The position numbers were made by a program, and so were the translations under genes. Source: a virus. Taken from it: DNA of 64,000 bases. A model generated the notes under the pieces. It saw only the letters and a program-made list of their open reading frames with translations, had not been told where the DNA came from and made no database searches. Location: the UHGV virus genome UHGV-0021788. One strand, written 5' to 3'. This document shows, piece by piece, positions 1-7,389 of this stretch (the stretch's first letter is position 1; the number at the start of each line of letters is the position of its first letter).

Positions 1-1266
1 ATAAAAAAATATATAAATCTTACAGTAGATGGTGATAAGGCTCATGTAGACCAACCAATATTTCTATTTCAAAATGATAAAAATATTGATTTAATATTTA
101 CTATAAAAAATTTAAAATTTGATTTTGTTAGAAATATTCAAAAAGAAGAAGATTTAGTTGAATCAATTGGAGCTACTTATTTTAGAGTTAAAGTATTAAA
201 ACCTGATAAAGATGATGTAGATAAAGAATATACAACTGATTTATTTAAAATAAAAGATAATAAAATTATATTTAATATAGATGATACTTTTATATTTGAT
301 AAAAAAGATGAAGATGGGAATTTACCATCTTCAGAAAATGATAAAATAGGTATATATAAATTACAGATACAATTATATGATAACGCAAATGGTAGAATTA
401 CAATACCTGAAATTGAATTTGTTGTATTAGACCCTATATTTTTTGACCCAGAAACAGATGGAATTATAGGTGGTGACATCGGAGACTCAACCATAGGTAA
501 ACCAAGTGAAATAACAGGATTGGTTGATTGGGTAAAAGGTCAAATAATAAGTGCAGAAAGAATGAATGCAATTCATCGTTATCTTGAAAAACTTCAAAAT
601 CAAATAGATAACATTGATTTAAGCGATAAAGATATATATGCGAAAAATGTACATTATGAAAATGAACAGTTTACAAACGTACAAGATGCCTTAGATAGCT
701 TATTATATAAAGCTCCTCAAGTTAATTCATTATCTTCAAATATAGGTACTACTGTTGAAATGGGTACTATGCTTTCTAGTGTAACTTTTACATGGTCTTA
801 TAATAAATCAATAGTTTCGCAATCATTTGCAGGGGTAACATTGGATTCAAATATAAGAACTTACACTTATACAAAAGGAATATATAATAATGTTACTTTA
901 ACATTAACTGCAAATGATGGAAAAAATAATTGTAGTAGAAATATAAGTTTTACTTATGCAAATCGTATTTTTTATGGGGTATCTGATACAACTACTTATA
1001 ATGTTAACTTATTAAAATCATTATCAAATACATTAAGTAATAATAGAAATAGAAGTTTTACTGTTAATCCAATAAACAATCAACATATTATATATGCAAT
1101 ACCTAGTAGATTAGGTGAATGTAAATTTTCAGTTAATGGTTTTGAAGGTGGTTTTCAAAAAGTATCCACTATAAAATATACAAATTCACAAAATTACACA
1201 GAAGATTATTATATTTATAGGTCAGATAACCCGAATTTAGGAAAAACAACAGTTGTTGTAAATTAG
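1..1266 (+). CDS. 5'-truncated structural protein (tail fibre/baseplate-like). Frame 1 is open from the window edge to the stop at 1266.
   Basis: No stop in frame 1 from nt 1. Listed ORF 520..1266 is only its Met-initiated tail. The next gene's RBS follows. Confidence 0.55.
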   Translation: MKKYINLTVDGDKAHVDQPIFLFQNDKNIDLIFTIKNLKFDFVRNIQKEEDLVESIGATYFRVKVLKPDKDDVDKEYTTDLFKIKDNKIIFNIDDTFIFDKKDEDGNLPSSENDKIGIYKLQIQLYDNANGRITIPEIEFVVLDPIFFDPETDGIIGGDIGDSTIGKPSEITGLVDWVKGQIISAERMNAIHRYLEKLQNQIDNIDLSDKDIYAKNVHYENEQFTNVQDALDSLLYKAPQVNSLSSNIGTTVEMGTMLSSVTFTWSYNKSIVSQSFAGVTLDSNIRTYTYTKGIYNNVTLTLTANDGKNNCSRNISFTYANRIFYGVSDTTTYNVNLLKSLSNTLSNNRNRSFTVNPINNQHIIYAIPSRLGECKFSVNGFEGGFQKVSTIKYTNSQNYTEDYYIYRSDNPNLGKTTVVVN

Positions 1267-1434
1267 GAGGTGATAGTTAACAATGGCTATTGAATTAATT
1301 TCAACTATAATTCCTAAAAATAGTGGGAATTTTGCTATTGTTCTCACCTGTCAAATGATATAAAAGGTGGATTACATTCAGTAAAAACAATAGCTGAAAG
1401 AGATAATATACCTCTTGAAAGATTAGAAGAAGGT

Positions 1435-2382
1435 ATGTTATGTTATGTAAAAGATACGGAAAAGTATTATAATTGGAAAAATAGTATTTGGTCAGAATTT
1501 AGTGGAGGCGGTTCTGGCAATTTACTAATTTATAGAGTTGATAATTTTAACGATATGAATTCTATTAATACAAAAAATCTTGAATATGGAAGTTTATGTC
1601 ATGTATTAAATGATGAAAACTTAAGATATATGTATTATTATGGTAAAGAGGGTTGGCAATCAATCAGCCATAAATATAAAGTGTGGATAGGTAAAGAACC
1701 ACCAAATGATAAAAACTCTCTTTGGGTTGACACAAGAATGATGGAATTAGATTTATCAACAGGTCAAGAATCAAGTATACCTCAATCTGTTAAATATTTA
1801 ATAAATGTAATTAGTAATCTATCTAATGAAATTATCAATCTAACAGCAAAAGTAAACATATTAAATAATGAAATAGAAACTATTAAAAAGCAAATTGGTA
1901 GTGGTGGAATTATTACTGATAATAATATATATCTTACTACTGAAGACGATAAGATTATTACAACAGAAGATGGAATTCCTATTTTATATGAAGAAAGTAA
2001 AGGTAACAGTGGAGGTTCAGGCGGTGGTACTGGTGGTGAAGATAAACCTCCTATTGATAACAACACCTATATTGTTACTGAAGATGATAAAATCATTACT
2101 ACTGAAGATGGAATTCCTATTTTATATGAAGAAAGTAAAGGTGGTAGTGGAGGAGGAACTACTCCTAGTGTTGATAATAATACTTATATTACAACTGAAG
2201 ATGGTAAAGTTATTACAACAGAAGATGGAAAACTTATATTACATGAACAAAGTAAAGGCAACAGTGGTGGTACTACAGGAGATACAGATAAAACAGATAA
2301 AAATACTTATATAATTAGTGAAAATGGTAAAATAATAATTACCGAGAATGGTAAAGCTATTATACCAGAAAATAAAAAATAA
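1435..2382 (+). CDS. Tail fibre protein with a conserved phage-fibre N-terminal motif (KGGLHSV..EGMLCYV). The C-terminus has tandem ~40-aa repeats joined by Gly/Ser linkers. The true start is probably ATG 1283 in another frame (apparent frameshift near 1340).
   Basis: RBS AGGAGGTGA precedes ATG 1283. Frame 2 (MAIELISTIIPKNSGNFAIV) stops at 1361. Frame 1 is open from 1324 with no start codon before 1435. DNA and protein repeats lie at 1927-2150. Confidence 0.55.
   Translation: MLCYVKDTEKYYNWKNSIWSEFSGGGSGNLLIYRVDNFNDMNSINTKNLEYGSLCHVLNDENLRYMYYYGKEGWQSISHKYKVWIGKEPPNDKNSLWVDTRMMELDLSTGQESSIPQSVKYLINVISNLSNEIINLTAKVNILNNEIETIKKQIGSGGIITDNNIYLTTEDDKIITTEDGIPILYEESKGNSGGSGGGTGGEDKPPIDNNTYIVTEDDKIITTEDGIPILYEESKGGSGGGTTPSVDNNTYITTEDGKVITTEDGKLILHEQSKGNSGGTTGDTDKTDKNTYIISENGKIIITENGKAIIPENKK
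1927..2150 (+). repeat. In-frame tandem repeat (~140-nt unit, 2 near-identical copies plus degenerate copies to 2380) encoding a TEDDKIITTEDGIPILYEESKG module.
   Basis: 1927-2010 and 2068-2150 are near-identical. Gly/Ser-rich linkers lie between the units. Confidence 0.8.
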
Positions 2383-2396
2383 AGGAGTTGGATATA

Positions 2397-3670
2397 TTGG
2401 AAACTATTAAGAAAAGTGCATTTCAAGAAATTGGTATTCTTAATGATAATGATTATTTTGATATAGTTACTAATACAAATGTTAATAGAAGAATTAAATT
2501 TTCAGCAATGAAAGAAGCTATAAATAATAGTGTTAATTCTTATGTCGATGTTAAAGCAAAAAATGGAAAAATTTTCAGATTAACTGTTAATAATGAAGGG
2601 GAAATAATTTGTCAAAATGCTGAAGCATATACTGCTACTGCTCCAGAAAAAACTGAAAGTGGTAGATTTGCTGGTTTAATGATAAACATGATATATGGTG
2701 GTGGAAATAATAAAAATAATACTGCTTGTTCACATCACTTTATAGAATTATATAATCAAAGTACTAGTAGTATGGATTTAAATTTAAAAGGACTTTATTT
2801 ATCTGTTAAAAGTAATACAGGTGATTGGCAATCTCTTGCATTAGAGGGTATAATACCTTATCAACATTCATTCCTTGTAAGATGTAATCAAGTTTCTAAT
2901 CCTGTACTATTAGGTACTAGATGTAAAATAGATACATATGACCAAGAATGGAATATAGATTTAACTGATGTAGGATTTAGTGCTTATTTATCAATAGGAA
3001 CACCTACAACTGTTAATCCAGCTAATGCAGATGGTAATATGAATAAAGAAGTTGGATATATAGACTTAATGGGTGCTGGTGGAACACAAGAAACACAAGG
3101 AGTTAAAGCTTTTGAAACTGCCTATCCAATGTTGATGACTAAAGATATAGGTTGTAGAAGACTTGACTTTGCTGATACAGATAATAATCAAAAAAACTGT
3201 AGAGCAATAAATTGGAAAACTTGTGATGTAAGTGTCTATAAACCTAGAAGTGTATCAGATGGTAAATGGGACTTATACTTTAACAAAGCAAAACTAAAAT
3301 CTACAATGCCTAATCTAATAAATATGTGTTATGGACAAGATGGTTCTAAAACTAGAACATTTACTTTCCAAACTGTATTAACTGATGAAGGTTATATTAA
3401 ATGGAGAAAATACGGAGAATTAAAATGGAATAAAAAACCTACTACTAAAGAAATAATAACTCACTATGATTGTGATGCTACTTTACATAGAGTTTTTATT
3501 ACTGATTTACAACCTGGAATTTATGAATATCAATGTGGTTCTGAAGGTGCATGGAGTGATATAAGTACTTTTGAAGTAAGAAATTATGCACAAACTGCTG
3601 ATAAAAGTAATTTTGTACATAACGATATAAAAATGTTATGGACTACAGACCAACAAGCATGGACTAACAT
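2397..3670 (+). CDS. Exon 1 of a split purple-acid-phosphatase-like metallophosphatase. It has a ~370-aa N-terminal domain plus a PAP N-terminal-like domain. Probable start is TTG 2397; the listed ORF is 2388..3674.
   Basis: C-terminal ITHYDCDATLHRVFITDLQPGIYEYQCGSEGAWSDISTFEV matches the PAP N-domain pattern. The ORF stops at 3674 just before motif I. The catalytic half lies downstream past a HEG. RBS AGGAG is 9 nt before TTG 2397. Confidence 0.45.
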
Positions 3671-3845
3671 ATAGTCCCTATATTAAGTGATTAGTATAGT
3701 AAATCCTTTGAATTGCTGGTAAATCCTAAAGCCTTATAAACTACAACATGATTAGAAATAATGAGTGTGAATGTTACGAAAGTAGAAAAAATTATAAGGA
3801 TAACATATGGTTAAATCCTAAGTGTTATATACAATGGAAGCTCAG

Positions 3846-3930
3846 CAGGTAAGATTCTAAATTAAATTATTTTAAATACTTGACTTTTAATAAGATAAAT
3901 TGTATAATATAAGTAAAGTGAGGTGATAAA
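3846..3930 (+). repeat. 85-nt HEG promoter/leader block, duplicated at 5984-6069.
   Basis: CAGCAGGTAAGATTCTAAATTAAATTATTTTAAATACTTGACTTTTAATAAGATAAATTGTATAATATAAGTA.AGTGAGGTGATAAA is near-identical in both. Confidence 0.85.
3880..3908 (+). promoter_or_regulatory. Consensus sigma-A-type promoter for the intron-1 HEG.
   Basis: TTGACT, 17 nt, TATAAT. Followed by ATAAGTAAAG and RBS GAGGTGA. Confidence 0.75.
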
Positions 3931-4845
3931 ATGGGAAGAAAGAAAACACATGAGGAATTTATGAAAGAGTTTTATGAAAAAAATCCTAATGCTAAAAATA
4001 TAGAAATATTAGGAAAATATGAAGGTAGAAAAGTAAAAATTTTATGTATGTGTAAAATAGATAACTATAAATGGCATACAACTCCTAATGGATTATTGGG
4101 AAGTAAAAATATTAAACCAAATGGATGTCCGAAATGTGCTGGAAAAATAAAAAAAACACATAAACAATTTATAGAAGAAATGAATGAAATAAATCCAAAT
4201 ATTAAAATATTGGGGCGTTACATAGATGCTAAAACTAAGATAGAATGTGAATGTAAAATAGATGGATATAAATGGGAAGTTGAACCAACTAATTTGCTAC
4301 AGAAAAGAGGATGTCCAAAATGTGCTAATAAAATACCTAGAGAACATGATGATTTTGTTAAAGAATTAAATAACATCAATCCTAATATAAAAATAATAGG
4401 TAAATTTATATCTACTAGAACTAAAATAGAATGTGAATGTAAAATAGATGGATATAAATGGGAAGCTGAGCCAAGACATCTTTTAGGAAATCATGGATGT
4501 CCAAAATGTAATGATTCTATTGGAGAAAAAATAACTTATAATATATTAAATAAATTAAATATAAAAAATATAAGACAATACAAATTTAAAGATTGTAAAT
4601 TTTATAAATGTCTTCCTTTTGATTTTTATTTGCCACAATATAATTGTTGTATTGAAATTGATGGTAAGCAACATGAGAATATAGTCAAATGGTTTGGTGG
4701 GTTAGATGGTTTTATAGATAGAAAAATTAGAGATACGGTTAAAGATATATATTGTAAGAATAATGGAATAAAATTAATTAGAATTACATATAAAGATATA
4801 AATGAAATAGAAAAAATAATTTGTCAAGAACTTAATTTAAATTAA
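3931..4845 (+). CDS. Intron-encoded homing endonuclease, family A. Three tandem ~60-aa zinc-ribbon modules (C-C...GCPKC) plus a C-terminal Vsr-like/DUF559 PD-(D/E)xK (EDxHD-type) nuclease core.
   Basis: Repeats THEEF..NPNIKILG..C.CKIDGYKW..GCPKC x3. C-terminus has FDFYLP...IEIDGKQHE...RDTVKD..GIKLIRI. Own promoter and RBS. Paralog of 6070..6984. Confidence 0.6.
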   Translation: MGRKKTHEEFMKEFYEKNPNAKNIEILGKYEGRKVKILCMCKIDNYKWHTTPNGLLGSKNIKPNGCPKCAGKIKKTHKQFIEEMNEINPNIKILGRYIDAKTKIECECKIDGYKWEVEPTNLLQKRGCPKCANKIPREHDDFVKELNNINPNIKIIGKFISTRTKIECECKIDGYKWEAEPRHLLGNHGCPKCNDSIGEKITYNILNKLNIKNIRQYKFKDCKFYKCLPFDFYLPQYNCCIEIDGKQHENIVKWFGGLDGFIDRKIRDTVKDIYCKNNGIKLIRITYKDINEIEKIICQELNLN

Positions 4846-5005
4846 TTTAATATGAATAAACTTCAACGACTAAGTATCCTAGTAGTCTAGGTAGTGGAGG
4901 ATACCCTTATTGGGTAATGATATAGTCTGCTCTCATGGGAAACCATGAGCAGTTTTTATGTAAAAAAACGGATAGAATAGTAACGATATTCTATTGAACA
5001 TAAGG

Positions 5006-5844
5006 TGTTGAGGAATCACAAGCTACTAATGTTTGTTTCCAAAATATAAGTGAATGGGAAAAAGGTACTGATTTTGATTTTCATTTAAATACAGGCGACA
5101 TTTCGCAAAATGCAAACAGAAGTTTTGAGTGGAGATACCACTATAAATATGCAGATGACCTAATAAGAACTATGTGTCATCAAATAACTTGTGGGAATAA
5201 TGACTTAATAGATAAGAAATATTCAGATGCATTTACATGGTACATGACACCAGAAGATTATTTCTTACCAGACCAAATAGATAGTGGTTCAGGTGTTATG
5301 GTTAATAATCCTAATAAATGTACTTTTAATTCATGTCATAGTTTTGACTTAGGATATGTACATTTTGTTTGTTTAAATAGTAATAAAGATTATTCTATGT
5401 TTAATGAAAATGAAGGTGAAAAAATAGATGATTGGATACAAAGAGAATGTGCATGGTTAGATGCAGATTTAACTAGAGATGAATCTAATGCTAAAACAAG
5501 ATGGGTAATATGTTATATGCATTACGCACCTTTTACAGTATCTAGACCTGACTGGATACAAAGATTTGTTCCTGTATTTGAAAAACATAGAGTACATTTA
5601 GTATTATGTGGTCACAACCATACAAACTCAAGAAGTATTGTAGTTAGAAGTGGTTATGATGGAGACCCAAATAAAGCAAGCTATGACCCTAAAGGTCAAA
5701 AAACAGCTGAAGAAGAAACAGCTTTAGGACATGGTACTATAAATCATAATGAAGATTTAAAAAATGGTACTCTTTACCTAATGATTAATGCAACTGGATT
5801 CAAGAATACAGGTAAAGAAAGTATACAAAATCCTTATCCTTGGT
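5006..5844 (+). CDS. Exon 2 of the split metallophosphatase, the catalytic core. Frame 3 is open from 5004; the listed Met-ORF is 5172..5846.
   Basis: GDISQNAN (GDLSY-like), VICYMHYAP, LVLCGHNHT (GHxH) and LYLMINATG align to PAP motifs. In-frame sequence without an ATG extends upstream to 5004. Confidence 0.5.
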
Positions 5845-6017
5845 AAAAAAATATTGCCACTTTACATAGTAATATGTAATGACAAACTCATTGAATTGCT
5901 GGGACGACCTTAGAGCCTTAATGCCACAATATAAGAGAAATCATTATATGAAGGTTTAAAAAGTTTAAGGATTGGTTAATCAGCAGGTAAGATTCTAAAT
6001 TAAATTATTTTAAATAC

Positions 6018-6046
6018 TTGACTTTTAATAAGATAAATTGTATAAT
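6018..6046 (+). promoter_or_regulatory. Consensus promoter for the intron-2 HEG.
   Basis: TTGACT, 17 nt, TATAAT. The 85-nt block is near-identical to 3846-3930. Confidence 0.75.
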
Positions 6047-6069
6047 ATAAGTAGAGTGAGGTGATAAAT

Positions 6070-6984
6070 ATGGGTAAAAAGAAAACACATGAGGAATTTA
6101 TGAAAGAGTTTTATGAAAAAAATCCTAATGCTAAAAATATAGAAATATTAGGAAAATATGAAGGAAACAATAAACCTATTAAATGTCGTTGCAGAATAGA
6201 TGAATACGAATGGTATCCAAGACCTTGTCATTTATTGGGAAATAAAAATGCTAAACCTACTGGTTGTCCTAAGTGTAGTGGAAAAGCAAAAAGAACAAAT
6301 GAAGAGTTTATTAAGGAAATATATATAATAAACCCTAATATAGAAATACTTAGTGAATATAGTGGAGTTAGTAATTTAATAGATTGTCGTTGTAAAATAG
6401 ATGATTATGAGTGGTCATCAATTGCTGATAATTTATTACATGGACATGGTTGTCCTAAATGTGGAGGACAAATAAAAAAGGAACATGAAGAGTTTGTAAA
6501 AGAAATGGAAGAAATAAATCCCAATATAGAAATACTTGGGGAATACAATGGAGTTCATGAATATATTTTATGTGGATGTAAAATATGTAATCATGAATGG
6601 ACAACTCGTCCTCATGAATTATTAAATGAATACGGATGTCCTTCTTGTAATATATCTCGAGGAGAATTTAAAATAAAAACTTTATTAGAAAAATATCAAA
6701 AACAATATAAATATCAATATAAATTTAAAGATTGTAAATTTTATAATGAATTACCTTTTGATTTTTATTTACCTGATTATAATATTGCAATAGAATATGA
6801 TGGAGAACAGCATTATAAAATAATTAAACAATTTGGTGGAATAAATAGATTAATAGATAGTAAAATAAGGGATACTGTTAAAACTGAATATTGTAAAAAT
6901 AATAACATAAAACTTATAAGAATACCTTATTGGAATTATAAAGATATAGAAAATATACTTATAAAAGAACTTAATTTAAAATAA
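6070..6984 (+). CDS. Intron-encoded homing endonuclease, family A paralog (zinc-ribbon x3 plus Vsr-like/DUF559 nuclease). Start ATG 6070; the listed GTG 6061 is unlikely.
   Basis: MGKKKTHEEFMKEFYEKNPNAKNIEILGKYEG is identical to the N-terminus of the 3931 paralog. C-terminus has DFYLPDYNIAIEYDGEQH...RDTVK...IKLIRI. Confidence 0.6.
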   Translation: MGKKKTHEEFMKEFYEKNPNAKNIEILGKYEGNNKPIKCRCRIDEYEWYPRPCHLLGNKNAKPTGCPKCSGKAKRTNEEFIKEIYIINPNIEILSEYSGVSNLIDCRCKIDDYEWSSIADNLLHGHGCPKCGGQIKKEHEEFVKEMEEINPNIEILGEYNGVHEYILCGCKICNHEWTTRPHELLNEYGCPSCNISRGEFKIKTLLEKYQKQYKYQYKFKDCKFYNELPFDFYLPDYNIAIEYDGEQHYKIIKQFGGINRLIDSKIRDTVKTEYCKNNNIKLIRIPYWNYKDIENILIKELNLK

Positions 6985-7140
6985 TTTAACATGAATAAAC
7001 TTCAACGACTATCCTGTAATGGAGTAGGGTTCAAGCGAACTCGAAGTAGTGAGCATCTTAATAAAGATGAAGATATAGTCTAGTCTCATGGGAAACCATG
7101 AGCAGTTTTTGTGCGTAAAAACAAAACGGGTTAGGTGTAG

Positions 7141-7376
7141 CGAACCTAATTGAATATAACGGGTATGGATTAAGAACTTCACATCCAACACAACCAACTT
7201 ATGCAACATTAACTATAGGTTGGGATAAGATAGAATATAAATGCTATAAGATAATGAACACATTAAGTAAAGATAGAAACGGAAATACAATAGTAGTGCC
7301 TTATGGTAGTCAAACTAAAGAATTGTATGATAGTTGTACTCTTAATTGGAGAGCAAAAGGTCAAACACTAATATAG
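7141..7376 (+). CDS. Exon 3 (C-terminus) of the split metallophosphatase.
   Basis: Frame 3 is open 7119-7376. NLIEYNGYGLRTSHPTQPTYATLTIGW..DRNGNTIV aligns to the PAP C-terminal FGHG...W.RN.DG. A U at 5844 and G at 7140 give an in-frame join (..NPYPW-S-NLIEY..). Confidence 0.45.
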
Positions 7377-7389
7377 GTGGTGATAGTTT

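Larger units (their letters stand above)
3666..5005 (+). ncRNA. Group I self-splicing intron 1 (approx. boundaries, +-10 nt) carrying a HEG in a peripheral loop.
   Basis: P7 5' strand CAACGACUA (4865-4873). P7 3' strand GAUAUAGUC (4919-4927). P9 hairpin CUCAUGG-GAAA-CCAUGAG with a GNRA loop (4930-4949). Further 3' hairpins, then a G before exon 2. Homologous to intron 2 and the dnaE intron. Confidence 0.6.
5845..7140 (+). ncRNA. Group I intron 2 (approx. boundaries), a HEG-containing paralog of intron 1.
   Basis: Same 5' block (CATTGAATTGCTGG...CAGCAGGTAAGATTC). P7 CAACGACUA 7005-7013 and GAUAUAGUC 7073-7081. GAAA-loop P9 at 7085-7102. Ends in G 7140. Confidence 0.55.

Noticed and set aside
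177-494. 105-aa ORF on the - strand.
   Set aside because: It lies antisense inside the continuous frame-1 structural gene (1..1266). Low-complexity product, no RBS.
1782-2314. ORFs 1782..2066 (-) and 1895..2314 (+).
   Set aside because: They are shadow frames of the repeat region of the fibre gene. Repetitive low-complexity translations.
5172-5846. Treating 5172..5846 as a complete independent gene starting at Met 5172.
   Set aside because: The frame is open upstream to 5004 and contains an essential phosphatase motif (GDIS) before the Met. A split-gene model explains it better.
7009-7209. 66-aa ORF on the - strand.
   Set aside because: It falls in the catalytic core and 3' end of intron 2 and the start of exon 3. 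No RBS.
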